From an uncultured Collinsella sp. (GTDB lineage: Bacteria > Actinomycetota > Coriobacteriia > Coriobacteriales > Coriobacteriaceae), in NCBI GenBank assembly GCA_902495355.1, contig CABUWV010000007.1, forward strand, positions 33,686 through 97,685: DNA of 64,000 nt. The letters are read 5' to 3'. Shown piece by piece: positions 55,001 to 64,000 of this stretch. How positions within the stretch are numbered: the first letter of the stretch is position 1; each line of letters opens with the position of its first letter. The notes beneath the pieces are model-generated. The model ran no database searches. It was given only the letters and a program-made list of their open reading frames with translations, and had not been told where the DNA came from. The position numbers were made by a program, and so were the translations under genes.

Positions 55001-55541
55001 CGAGGCCGCCAACGAAGCCGTCGTCGATGCGACCTTCGAGATCGTCGAGGCCAAGGCCGAGCTTGCCAACGACGAGGCGCTCAAGGCCGATCTTGAGGCT
55101 GTCGACCACAAGGCATCCCTTGCCGCGGGCACGACGGGCAACGAGAAGCTGGTCAAGCTGAACGCTGCCTACGCTCGCTATAAGGCCGCCGTCGATGCCG
55201 CCGCTGGCCTCAAGGCTGCTCTGAGCGATGCCGATGCCAAGCTGTCCGATGCCAACGACGCCTATGCCGCCGCGCTTGCCGAGCTCGGAGATGCCAAGGA
55301 TGCCCTGGCTGCCGCTCAGGCCGAGTACGACAAGTATCATCCCAAGGCTGAGCCGCAGGCCAAGCCTCAGGTTGCGCAGGCTGCTGCAAAGGCCCCCGTT
55401 GCCAAGAAACAGGCTGCGCCTGCCGCGCTCGCCCAGACTGGCGACAATTCCGCGCTTGCGGGCGAGGTGTTCGTCATCGGCGGTGTGACGCTCGTGGCAG
55501 CGGGCGTGACGCTGGGCGATCGTCGTCGCAAGCAGATGTAG
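52088..55541 (+). pseudogene. frameshifted (possibly phase-variable) LAQTG-anchored coiled-coil surface protein with a central CAP/SCP (YkwD-like) domain
   Basis: The signal-peptide ORF at 52088-52270 stops right after a G7 run. A different frame is open from 52266 to 55541 and ends LAQTG + hydrophobic stretch + RRRKQM. Removing one G fuses the two. Confidence 0.8.
52261..52267 (+). repeat. G7 homopolymer at the frameshift site
   Basis: ttca-GGGGGGG-tag, read directly. Confidence 0.95.
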
Positions 55542-55608
55542 CGTTTCGAGCGTAGATTCTGCAACGAACTTCGGTTCATAGCAGGAACGCTTCGATAGCT
55601 TAACCGAT

Positions 55609-55654
55609 AAGGCCGGCGCGCTGTTAAACGCAGCGCGCCGGCCTTTCTTTGTTT
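55609..55654 (+). terminator. intrinsic terminator of the surface-protein gene
   Basis: AAGGCCGGCGCGCTG-TTAAAC-GCAGCGCGCCGGCCTT followed by TCTTTGTTT. Confidence 0.8.
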
Positions 55655-55661
55655 CGATATC

Positions 55662-55701
55662 AAAAAGCCCGGTCAGCAGCCGCAGAAGCTACCGACCGGG
55701 C
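55662..55701 (-). terminator. intrinsic terminator of the OPT transporter gene
   Basis: On the minus strand: GCCCGGTC...GACCGGGC followed by TTTTT. Confidence 0.7.
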
Positions 55702-55742
55702 AAGCCGTAGGCAATATGGTTGCTGTCGAGCAGCTGCTCGAC

Positions 55743-57446
55743 TTAGCCCAGCAGGCTTAAGCCCACGGAGACAAACGCCAGGATAACGCCGACGATGGAC
55801 TCGCCGCCGAGCAGGCCGCTGGCGACAACCAGGCCCTGTTCCTGGAAGGCGGCGTCCTTGGCAGCCCTCTCCTCGTCAGAAAGACCAGCGGTGGCGTCGC
55901 GGTGGGCGGACCACTTGTCGTAGGCGAGCTTGACGCAGGAGCCCAGGAATGCCGTGAGTGACATGTAGAACGGCAGGTACACGCCCAGGCCGATCATCAT
56001 GGCCGGAATACCGAGCCAGTACATGACGATGCCGGCGATAAAGCCGCCAACGAACCACGGCACGCTCGGGATGCCCGAGACCATGGTGGCGACGACGCTT
56101 GCCTGCGCGGCGACAAAGCTCTTGTCGGGGCCAAAGGCGTCCGGGCCATAGGCGGTGACGAGCGCGACCATGACGGCGGCGGCGACCAGGGCGCCCACGA
56201 TGCCGCCAATGGCTTGGCCGATCCACTGCGCACGCGGGTTGGTGCCCAGCACGGCGCCGGCCTTAAAGTCGTTCATGACGTCGCCCGCAAGGCCGCACGC
56301 CACGGCTACGATGCCAGCGATAAAGAACAGCTTGACCTGAGCGATCTGAGCGAAGGCAGCCACGATGAGCATAACGATGAGGCCAAAGATTTCCATGGGG
56401 TCGATGCCCGTCTGGCCGCAGCTCTGTGCGCTCATGATGGTGGTGACAAAGGTGAACAGCGTCACGATGACGGCCGGAACGGGGCCAAGGTCAAGCACGA
56501 TGGCGATGATCACGGCGATGGCGGCAGCGCCCAGGCCGATGATGCCGGCGTCGAGCTTAAGGGAGCCCGAGATGAGCGACTGCTCGTCGGTGTCGGTGGA
56601 GCTGTCGGCGGCAAGACCGCGGACGATACCGGCGACCTGCGGCAGGATGTCCTTGAGGACGACGGCGACGCCAAAGCCCATCATGAGGCCCATGCCCAGG
56701 GACTTGACGATGCCCTGTGCAGTCACAACGTCGAACAGACCGGCAGCGGTGCCGCCCACGATGATGCCAAAGTTGCCCAGCAGGGCGCCGGCAAACCAGA
56801 AGGCGACCGGGGCGAAGCCCACGAGGAAGCCGACGGAGAGCAGCATGGGCGAGTTGTAGATACCAAAGGTCACGCCGGGGATGTTGAGCGTGCATAGCAT
56901 ACTGGGCACAATGCCCAGGGCGTCGCGCAGCACGCTATAGATGCCGGCGATGGCCATGGAGCCAAAGAGCTGCTTGCCGGTTTTGCCGCCGGCCTCGGTT
57001 GCGCGCAGGGTCTGGGCAGCGGCGTTGCCGGTGGGGAACTCAAGCGCGGCGTCCACGATAAAGTGACGGTGGATGAGCGCGGTGGCCAGCAGGCCCAGGA
57101 TGGTGCCGGCGAGTGCCACGATAAACATGTCGAGCCAGCTGATCTGGTCGGCATAGCCCAGCATCCAAGCGCCCGGGATGGTAAACGCCAGGCCGCCGGC
57201 GACCATGGCGCCCGCGGACATGATGGTGTGGGTGACGTTGGCCTCGTTGAGGCTGGCGTTGCCCATGAGCTTCAGGAAGAACAGCGAGATGACGGCAGCG
57301 AAGACGATCGGCCAGGGGAGTGCGCCCATCTTGAGGGCGGTGTAGGCCGAGCTTGCCGTGATGATCACGCAGCCAAGGACGCCGATGACGACGCCACGCA
57401 GCGTGAGTTGCCCGCGCATCGAAGCACGGTTCGAGGGATTGCTCAT
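55743..57446 (-). CDS. OPT-family oligopeptide transporter
   Basis: 567 aa with about 16 hydrophobic segments. N-terminus LTLRGVVIGVLGCVIITASSAYTALKMG is typical of bacterial OPT proteins. Confidence 0.8.
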   Translation of the reverse strand: MSNPSNRASMRGQLTLRGVVIGVLGCVIITASSAYTALKMGALPWPIVFAAVISLFFLKLMGNASLNEANVTHTIMSAGAMVAGGLAFTIPGAWMLGYADQISWLDMFIVALAGTILGLLATALIHRHFIVDAALEFPTGNAAAQTLRATEAGGKTGKQLFGSMAIAGIYSVLRDALGIVPSMLCTLNIPGVTFGIYNSPMLLSVGFLVGFAPVAFWFAGALLGNFGIIVGGTAAGLFDVVTAQGIVKSLGMGLMMGFGVAVVLKDILPQVAGIVRGLAADSSTDTDEQSLISGSLKLDAGIIGLGAAAIAVIIAIVLDLGPVPAVIVTLFTFVTTIMSAQSCGQTGIDPMEIFGLIVMLIVAAFAQIAQVKLFFIAGIVAVACGLAGDVMNDFKAGAVLGTNPRAQWIGQAIGGIVGALVAAAVMVALVTAYGPDAFGPDKSFVAAQASVVATMVSGIPSVPWFVGGFIAGIVMYWLGIPAMMIGLGVYLPFYMSLTAFLGSCVKLAYDKWSAHRDATAGLSDEERAAKDAAFQEQGLVVASGLLGGESIVGVILAFVSVGLSLLG

Positions 57447-57638
57447 ATAAAACTCCTTTGCGTATATCCGCTTCCTCCGGGAGCGCCGCTACGGATACGG
57501 CGCGGGAAGTCGGGTTACCAAGGGCCGCCGCGTGAGCTCGCGCGCGACCGCGCACCAGTATAGCCGCAAGCTAGTCATTTTGGGATGACTGGTTTAGGTA
57601 GGCGATATACTGCTGGGCAGACGAAAGGAGCGCCGACG

Positions 57639-58490
57639 ATGCTTAATGGGTGCGCATATATATTGACGGTCGACGTGGGCAACACGTTCATTCGCTTTGG
57701 CCTATTTGCCGAGGATTCGGCTGCGGCGCAGGAATGTCCGCTTGCGACGTGCGAGATCACGACGCCGTCGAGCATCACGGCCGATGAGGCTCGTATGAGG
57801 CTCGCGCAGGTCATGGGCGCGCTGTCAGCCGATGCGGGCGTGCCGGGTGCACTCGTTCCCGCGGCCGCAGTGCTGAGCTGCGTGGTGCCGGCGCTCGAAC
57901 GCCCGTGGAAGGCGGCTCTTTCCCGTACCTGCACGGGGCGCGTGCTCACCGTGGGGCCGGGACTTAAGACCGGCATACCCGTGCACTACGATGACCCGGC
58001 CGAGATCGGCCCCGACCGCATCGCCGATGCCGTGGCGGCCCGTGCCGTCTACGGCTCTCCGTGCATCGTGATCGACCTGGGCACGACGACCAATATCGAG
58101 GTCATCGATACGCACGGAACCTTTGTCGGCGGCGTCATCGCGCCGGGTCTGGCACTTGGCGCCCGCTCGCTTTCGGCCGCTGCGGCGCGCCTGCCGCAGG
58201 TCGAGCCCTCGGCACCCACGCATGTGATCGGTCGCAACACGCGCGAGGCCATGCGCTCGGGCGTGGTCTTGGGCGAGGTGGCCCGCATCGACGGCATGCT
58301 CGATATGGTGCTTGCCGAGATGCGCGCGACCAAGGCGGCGGGGGAGGGCGACGTGCCCATCGTCATTACCGGCGACGACGCCGAGGCGCTCGCGTTGCTG
58401 GTCGGCCATAGCCTGACGGTTGACGACGCGCTGACGTTGCGGGGTCTCGCCGAGCTCTACCACATCAACCAAAAGCCCCGCCGCGTGTAA
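57639..58490 (+). CDS. coaX: type III pantothenate kinase
   Basis: LTVDVGNT and VIDLGTTT (ASKHA) motifs. ATG lies 8 nt after GAAAGGAG. Confidence 0.85.
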   Translation: MLNGCAYILTVDVGNTFIRFGLFAEDSAAAQECPLATCEITTPSSITADEARMRLAQVMGALSADAGVPGALVPAAAVLSCVVPALERPWKAALSRTCTGRVLTVGPGLKTGIPVHYDDPAEIGPDRIADAVAARAVYGSPCIVIDLGTTTNIEVIDTHGTFVGGVIAPGLALGARSLSAAAARLPQVEPSAPTHVIGRNTREAMRSGVVLGEVARIDGMLDMVLAEMRATKAAGEGDVPIVITGDDAEALALLVGHSLTVDDALTLRGLAELYHINQKPRRV

Positions 58491-58574
58491 AAGTGAGGGC
58501 GCCGGTGGGACAAACGCCCCCACCTTTCACCTGCTACAATGGGTCAAACTATTGCGATTTCGGAGGTGTCTGCC

Positions 58575-59099
58575 ATGTCGGACGATCTTCATCAAACTTC
58601 GTCAGGCAAGCGCCTGGACGTCATTAGCTGGGACGAGTTCTTTATGAGCGTGGCCATCGCCGCGCAGCGCCGCAGCAAGGACCCCAACACGCAGGTGGGT
58701 GCGTGCATCGCCAACACCAACCACCGCATCCTTTCGGTGGGCTACAACGGTACACCCTCGGCGCTCAACGACGACTTTTTTCCGTGGGGTACGAGCGACG
58801 ACCCGCTGCAGGACAAGCACAACTACGTGGTCCATGCCGAGGCCAACGCCGTGCTCAACTACCGTGGCTCGCTCAAGGACCTCGAGGGTTCCACGGTCTA
58901 CGTCACGCTGTTCCCGTGCCATGACTGCGCCAAGATTTTGGCGCAGGTGGGCGTGGGCGAGGTTGTCTACCTGGACAACAAGTACGCCGACACCGATGAC
59001 GGACGCATCAGCCGCCGCATCCTCGACTCCTGTGGCATCAGCTACCGCCAGGTTATCGTCGATGTTCACATCGGCACCGAGGGGCGGGCTCAGCAGTAG
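58575..59099 (+). CDS. dCMP deaminase (ComEB-type)
   Basis: HAEANA and PCHDCAK zinc motifs. ATG lies 8 nt after GGAGG. Confidence 0.85.
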   Translation: MSDDLHQTSSGKRLDVISWDEFFMSVAIAAQRRSKDPNTQVGACIANTNHRILSVGYNGTPSALNDDFFPWGTSDDPLQDKHNYVVHAEANAVLNYRGSLKDLEGSTVYVTLFPCHDCAKILAQVGVGEVVYLDNKYADTDDGRISRRILDSCGISYRQVIVDVHIGTEGRAQQ

Positions 59100-59270
59100 C
59101 GCGTGGCAACGCCAGCTGGCAACAAAAGGCAGCCAAAAGAGCCCCGTCCCAAATTGACTGCTCGTGAAAGTCGTGTCCGCGCGCATGGACGGCTCGTGAG
59201 CGGGTACACGGCTGTAGTAACATAGCTCTGTCCGCGGGCGCGCCCGCGTTATTGTGAGAAAGGAGCCCCT

Positions 59271-59549
59271 GTGGCTGTTAACGAAGAGCTGCTTAAGAAG
59301 GTTCTTGAAGAGATTCGCCCCAACCTACAGGCCGACGGCGGCGACATGGAGTATATAGGCGTTGATGACGAGGGCGTCGTCAAGCTGGAGCTTCAGGGCG
59401 CCTGTGCCGGTTGTCCCATGAGCGCCCTGACGCTTTCCATGGGCATCGAGCGTATCCTCAAGGAGCACGTGCCCGGCGTTACGCGTGTCGAGCAGGTCAA
59501 TGCCTCCGGCGAGACCGATGACCTGTACGACGAGTATGCGCCGTTCTAA
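59271..59549 (+). CDS. NifU-like (Nfu C-terminal domain) Fe-S assembly protein
   Basis: LQADGGDMEY...GACAGCPMS motif. GTG start lies 6 nt after GAAAGGAG. Confidence 0.8.
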   Translation: MAVNEELLKKVLEEIRPNLQADGGDMEYIGVDDEGVVKLELQGACAGCPMSALTLSMGIERILKEHVPGVTRVEQVNASGETDDLYDEYAPF

Positions 59550-59658
59550 GAAGTGAAAGCTGCGGGCGATATGCTCCGCATAGACGTCACGCCCGAATAT
59601 GCGGCTGCGAGCGCAAGGCCCGCGGCCGCATTTGTATGTAGGGAGCAGGGGGACCGAT

Positions 59659-60480
59659 ATGCTCAACGACCTCTACCATATGCTTGATCCCGTCGCCATC
59701 TCGGCGGGGCCCATCACCATCTACTGGTACGGCTTGGCCTATGTGGTCGGCGCTCTGCTCACGGCGGTCGTCATGTACCGCACGCAGCGCCGTTGGGGTT
59801 TTGACATTACGGTCGACGACCTGACGAGTGTCGTGGTCGGCGTGGTCTTTGGCCTTATCATTGGCGCCCGCCTGTTCTACGTCATCTTTTACGGCGACGG
59901 CTACTACTGGGCGCATCCGCTCGAGATCTTTGCTACCAATGAAGGCGGCATGAGCTTCCATGGCGGCCTGGTGGGCGGCATCATCGGCGGCGTGCTCGTG
60001 TGCCGCATGTACAAGCTCGACGCCTGGACCATCGCCGACCTTGCCGTTATCGGTGCTCCGCTGGCCTTATGTCTGGGACGCTGCGCCAACTTTGTCAACG
60101 GCGAGCTGTGGGGCAAGCCGACCGATCTGCCCTGGGGCGTGATCTTTGGCGGCACCGCGGGCGATATGCCGCGCCATCCCTCCCAGCTCTACGAGGCATT
60201 CCTCGAGGGTATTGTGCTCTTTTGCATTCTGCAGGTGCTCAGCCGCAAAAAGCCGCTACTGCCCCAAGGCACGTTTATGGGCGTCTTTGTGATGGGTTAC
60301 GGCATCGTTCGCTTTTTGATTGAGTTTGTGCGTGTGCCCGATGCGCAGCTGGGCTATCTGCTGGGCGGCGTCATCACCATGGGTCAGCTGCTGAGCCTGC
60401 CGCTCGTAATCGCGGGCCTGGCGCTCATCATCTTTGCTCGTCGCCGCAACCAACCCCAGCGCATCTACCTCGACGCTTAA
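59659..60480 (+). CDS. lgt: prolipoprotein diacylglyceryl transferase
   Basis: YWYGLAY, GGMSFHGGL and GRCANFVNGELWG motifs. Confidence 0.9.
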   Translation: MLNDLYHMLDPVAISAGPITIYWYGLAYVVGALLTAVVMYRTQRRWGFDITVDDLTSVVVGVVFGLIIGARLFYVIFYGDGYYWAHPLEIFATNEGGMSFHGGLVGGIIGGVLVCRMYKLDAWTIADLAVIGAPLALCLGRCANFVNGELWGKPTDLPWGVIFGGTAGDMPRHPSQLYEAFLEGIVLFCILQVLSRKKPLLPQGTFMGVFVMGYGIVRFLIEFVRVPDAQLGYLLGGVITMGQLLSLPLVIAGLALIIFARRRNQPQRIYLDA

Positions 60481-60547
60481 CCACCAAAAAGTGAACAGGC
60501 ACCTTTGTGGTGGTTCGCTGGGCAACGATGACAGAACCGTAACGTTT

Positions 60548-60592
60548 CCCCAGATAAAACCTGCCAAAATAAACCTGTCCCTTTTTGGCAGG
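60548..60592 (+). repeat. 45-nt dispersed stem-loop repeat, copy E
   Basis: CCCCAGATAAAACCTGCCAAAATAAACCTGTCCCTTTTTGGCAGG. Confidence 0.9.
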
Positions 60593-60614
60593 TTTCTAGA
60601 AAGGCTTTCGGACT

Positions 60615-62798
60615 GTGAAGGATTCCGACCTCTCCACAACGGCTGCGCGCGACGCTGCCCGCATCGTCTGGTTTAAGCGCTACCCCGCCAAGCAGACGCT
60701 CATCGCATTTTTGCTCGCGCTGTTGGCGACCACGGCGTTTTCCATCGATCCTGCCCCGGTGTCGAGCAACGCAGTCTTGGCGATTGACCCCAAAGCCTCG
60801 GGCATGCTGTACGTGTGCTACGAGGTGCTCCTTTCGTTTGCCGGCCATACCGACGCGGTCATGCTGCTTGCACTTGCCTGCCTGCTCACCTTGCCGTTTC
60901 GCTACGTGTTCTTTGGCCGTGGCGACACCTGGCGTCCATCGATCATTCTGCCGTCGCTGTTCTTCGCCATCTGCATGGTGTTCGGCCGCAGCTACGACCT
61001 CACCGACTCGGCCGAGATTGTCCTTGGCGACAAAGCTCGCATCATCTGCGCCTGGATTGGCGGCGCGGGCTGGATGCTCCTGGCGATCGTTGCCTTCTAC
61101 CTTGCCTTTGAGTGTCTAGATTGGCTGAGCTCTCGGCGCATCCCGTTTTCCGAAGCGCACTTTGGCCGCGTATGGCGTGTGACTCACGCCGTGCTCTCGG
61201 TCCATCCCTTTGCCGGGCCCTTCCTGGTGCTTATGATCGCCTGGACGCCCACGCTCATCGCTTCGCTGCCCGGCCTTTTTATGGGAGATACGGGCGCGCA
61301 GATTCGCCAGTGGTTCAACTATCCCAACGGCACGAGCGACTACCTGCGCCTACTCAACCCCAACGTGCTGCTCAACGGGCATCATCCCGTAGTGCACACG
61401 GCCATTATCGGCTCGTGCGTTCAGCTGGGGCTTTCGCTGTTCAACAGCGCTAACGCGGGTCTTGCCATCTACACCTGCGCTCAATTTGTCATCACGGCCG
61501 CCTGCATGGCCTATTCCATTTCATCGCTGCGCAAACTGGGCGTGAGCCTGCCGGTTCGCGGTGCGATCCTGCTGTTCTTCGCGTTTATGCCGATGTTCTC
61601 TAACTACGCGGCGTTGCTCACCAAGGACGTGCTCTTTGCCGACGCGTTCTTGGTGCTGCTGGTACAGACCGTCAAGCTCGTGGCATGTGGCTTGCCCCGT
61701 CGTGATGCCAATGTCGAGCGAGCGGGCGAGAAAGCCCCCGTGCTCTTTGCGCGCCACGACTGGCTGCTGCTCGCTCTGGGCTCCATGGGTTCCACGTTCC
61801 TGCGCAACGGCGGCCTGGTGTTTCCCCTGGCGGCATGCGTAATCGCGGCGGCGTTTTGCGTATGGGACGTGCATGTGGCTCGTCGTGCAGCCAAGCAGAC
61901 TGGTGCTGCGCCTTCAGGCGCCATCCCGCGTTTCCGCTGGGTTGGCGTTCTCGCGGTGCTCGCGCTCTGCCTTGCCTCTAATATGTACTTCACCAAGGTC
62001 TTTATGCCGGCGCACGATATCACGCCTGGTTCCAAGCGCGAAATCCTCTCGATTCCGTTCCAGCAGACGGCTCGTTTCGTCCAAAAGCACGACGGCCTCA
62101 ACTCGGGCGTCAACCCCACGGTTAAGGAGGACGGCACCATCGTGGAGGCTCCTTGCGACGGTTCGGTGACCGACGAAGAGCGTGCCGTGATCGATCGCGT
62201 ACTCAAGTACGAGAACCTGGGCCGCCGCTACAACCCCGACAAGTCCGATGCCGTCAAGAACTGCTTTAACGAGTACGCCTCGCAGGAGGACATCGATGCC
62301 TATTTTGAGGTGTGGGCCCAGATGTTCAAAAAGGATCCCGAGTGCTATATCTCGGCGCTCATCAATAACTACTACGGTTATTTTTATCCGAGCGCGCGCG
62401 ATGCCTGGGTCTACAGCACGGCGCGTAGTGCCGAGATCATGGCGCGTCCCGACAACCTCAAGTACTTCGACTTCCATCCGGTTGACAGCAACGTGGTGCG
62501 CTGGTGCGACCACCTGATCAATTTGTACCGTGTGGCGGTGCAGCGTGTTCCCTTTATCTCGCTCACCATGAGCTCGGCCACCTACGTGTGGATCATGATC
62601 GCCGTGGTGGTCTACTTGCTGCGTCGTCATTCATGGCGTGCGCTGGCGATCTGGGTGCCGCTGTTGGGCGTGCTCGCTGTGTGCCTGATTGGCCCGTGCA
62701 ACGGCTCGACTTACATGCGCTACCTGTATCCGGTCATCGCCTGCATGCCCTTCGCCATCGGCGCCACCGTCACCCGCAGCGACTTCTTCTGGTTCTAA
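60615..62798 (+). CDS. large polytopic membrane protein (possibly DUF6020-like), function unknown
   Basis: More than 10 hydrophobic segments, an NGHHPVVHT motif and a soluble insert around 62.0-62.5 kb. The GTG start is uncertain. Confidence 0.6.
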   Translation: MKDSDLSTTAARDAARIVWFKRYPAKQTLIAFLLALLATTAFSIDPAPVSSNAVLAIDPKASGMLYVCYEVLLSFAGHTDAVMLLALACLLTLPFRYVFFGRGDTWRPSIILPSLFFAICMVFGRSYDLTDSAEIVLGDKARIICAWIGGAGWMLLAIVAFYLAFECLDWLSSRRIPFSEAHFGRVWRVTHAVLSVHPFAGPFLVLMIAWTPTLIASLPGLFMGDTGAQIRQWFNYPNGTSDYLRLLNPNVLLNGHHPVVHTAIIGSCVQLGLSLFNSANAGLAIYTCAQFVITAACMAYSISSLRKLGVSLPVRGAILLFFAFMPMFSNYAALLTKDVLFADAFLVLLVQTVKLVACGLPRRDANVERAGEKAPVLFARHDWLLLALGSMGSTFLRNGGLVFPLAACVIAAAFCVWDVHVARRAAKQTGAAPSGAIPRFRWVGVLAVLALCLASNMYFTKVFMPAHDITPGSKREILSIPFQQTARFVQKHDGLNSGVNPTVKEDGTIVEAPCDGSVTDEERAVIDRVLKYENLGRRYNPDKSDAVKNCFNEYASQEDIDAYFEVWAQMFKKDPECYISALINNYYGYFYPSARDAWVYSTARSAEIMARPDNLKYFDFHPVDSNVVRWCDHLINLYRVAVQRVPFISLTMSSATYVWIMIAVVVYLLRRHSWRALAIWVPLLGVLAVCLIGPCNGSTYMRYLYPVIACMPFAIGATVTRSDFFWF

Positions 62799-62834
62799 TT
62801 TGGTGCATTGAGGGCCAGGTTTCTTTGCACCAAA
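62799..62834 (+). terminator. hairpin directly after the membrane-protein stop codon
   Basis: TTTGGTGC (62799-62806) pairs with GCACCAAA (62827-62834). No clear U-tract. Confidence 0.35.
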
Positions 62835-62963
62835 GGGGACATCATCACGACGCCTTCATTTTGGGGTTTATCTCGCAGGCCAGTAGGTATATCATAACGA
62901 CGTTTGTTTATATTGCCCGAGCATCTGCGCTGGGCTTTAGGTCGAAACCGATAGGAGACACGT

Positions 62964-63770
62964 ATGTCCGGACACTCTAAGTGGGCCACAACCAAGCATC
63001 GTAAGGGCGCGCAGGACGCCAAGCGTTCCGCCCTCTTCTCCAAGCTCAGCCGCAACATCACCGTTGCTGCCCGTCTCGGCGGTGACCCGCTGCCCGAGAA
63101 CAACGCCAGCCTCGCCGCTGCCGTTGCCAAGGCCAAGGCTCAGTCCATGCCTAAGGACAAGATCAAGTCCGCTATCGACAAGGCTTTTGGTTCGGGTGCT
63201 GACGCCGCCGTCTACGAGAACATCGTGTACGAGGGCTACGGTCCCGCCGGTGTCGCCGTCTACGTCGACTGCCTGACCGACAACCGCAACCGTACCGCTG
63301 CTGATGTCCGTTCCGCCTTCTCCCACGCTGGTGGCAACCTGGGCACCTCCGGCTCCGTCGCCTTCCAGTTTGAGCGCAAGGGCCAGATCGTCGTCGCCAA
63401 GGAGATCCTGGACGAGAATGCCAAGAAGGAGACCATGATCGCCAACGGTGCTGCCGGTGACGAGGATGAGTTTATGATGGCGATCGCCGAGGCCGGCGGC
63501 GAGGACTACGAGGACGCCGGCGAGGAGTGGATCGTCTGGACTACTGCCAACGAGGTCATGGCTGTCTCCAAGGCGCTCGAGGAGCAGGGCGTCCAGGTCA
63601 AGGGCTCCGAGACCACCATGGTCCCGACCACCCCGACCGAGGTCTCCGGCGCCGACGCCAAGAAGGTTCAGCGCCTCATCGACCGTCTTGAAGAGCTCGA
63701 CGACGTCCAGGATGTTTACAGCACCATGGACATGACCGACGAGGTCATCGCTGCCCTCGAGGAGGAGTAG
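62964..63770 (+). CDS. yebC: YebC/PmpR-family transcriptional regulator
   Basis: MSGHSKWATTKHRKGAQDAKR N-terminus, about 268 aa with an acidic insert. Confidence 0.9.
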   Translation: MSGHSKWATTKHRKGAQDAKRSALFSKLSRNITVAARLGGDPLPENNASLAAAVAKAKAQSMPKDKIKSAIDKAFGSGADAAVYENIVYEGYGPAGVAVYVDCLTDNRNRTAADVRSAFSHAGGNLGTSGSVAFQFERKGQIVVAKEILDENAKKETMIANGAAGDEDEFMMAIAEAGGEDYEDAGEEWIVWTTANEVMAVSKALEEQGVQVKGSETTMVPTTPTEVSGADAKKVQRLIDRLEELDDVQDVYSTMDMTDEVIAALEEE

Positions 63771-63839
63771 CGCCCGCACGGGTTAAGCCGTGCATATCTG
63801 GGCATAATGAAGCGAGCATGCAAGCCTCGTGGAATAGAT

Positions 63840-63882
63840 GAGCCGGATCCGCGTGCGTAGAGCACCGGACCCGGCTCTTTTA
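63840..63882 (+). terminator. candidate terminator after yebC
   Basis: GAGCCGGATCCG...CCGGACCCGGCTC followed by TTTTAT. Confidence 0.45.
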
Positions 63883-63936
63883 TAATGAAGCGAACCGTTT
63901 TGCATTTCGAGAGCCGAGATTTGAAGGGAGCGCCGC

Positions 63937-64000
63937 GTGCGCGTACTCAAACGAGCCCTAGCGATCGTGTATCTTGCCGCCACCATCGTGGCGCTGGGTA
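63937..64000 (+). CDS. 5' end of a gene running off the window (hydrophobic N-terminus)
   Basis: GTG lies 6 nt after GAAGGGAG. Reads VRVLKRALAIVYLAATIVALG. Confidence 0.3.
   Translation, partial: MRVLKRALAIVYLAATIVALG

Noticed and set aside
52203-55340. Long minus-strand ORFs (52203-53372, 54228-55340) and several +2/+3 ORFs inside the surface-protein gene
   Set aside because: They are products of the repetitive GCN/AAG/CAG codon composition of the coiled-coil gene. Only the frame ending in LAQTG plus membrane anchor makes biological sense.

Overview
High-GC (about 60-65% by hand count of sample lines) actinobacterial chromosome segment. Gene content (BCR/HAD-type activase fusion, radical SAM, OPT and AmtB/PII) suggests an anaerobic Coriobacteriia-like gut organism; that is inference only. 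I call about 50 protein genes, mostly housekeeping: mtnN, engB, an Asp/Thr cluster (thrB-thrC divergent from ask-asd), ogt, pfkA, map, dxs, amtB-glnK, coaX, lgt and yebC, plus an amino-acid ABC operon with a C26 gamma-glutamyl hydrolase. I recognised no rRNA, tRNA, CRISPR array, transposase or integrase. Long ORFs lying antisense to the real genes are GC-driven shadows. The parts worth a second look are: (1) an unannotated 41-codon hydrophobic ORF with convergent promoters and a sequestered RBS at 43.5-44.0 kb, a type I toxin-antitoxin candidate bracketed by two copies of a 27-bp palindrome; (2) a roughly 1150-codon LAQTG-anchored coiled-coil surface protein with an embedded CAP/SCP domain, split by a G7 homopolymer frameshift just after its signal peptide; (3) a low-GC island at 25.1-28.8 kb with a DUF2975/Xre pair and a LanFEG-like ATPase plus two permeases; (4) a 1593-aa fused double-activase/dehydratase-like protein behind a TetR gene; (5) a degenerate-GGDEF/REC/HD-GYP protein with an adjacent Hpt protein; (6) abundant structured intergenic DNA, including a five-copy 45-nt stem-loop repeat whose substitutions are all G-U compatible on one strand, several 100-190 bp nested palindromes, tandem 62-bp hairpins and a 540-bp non-coding stack of inverted repeats.
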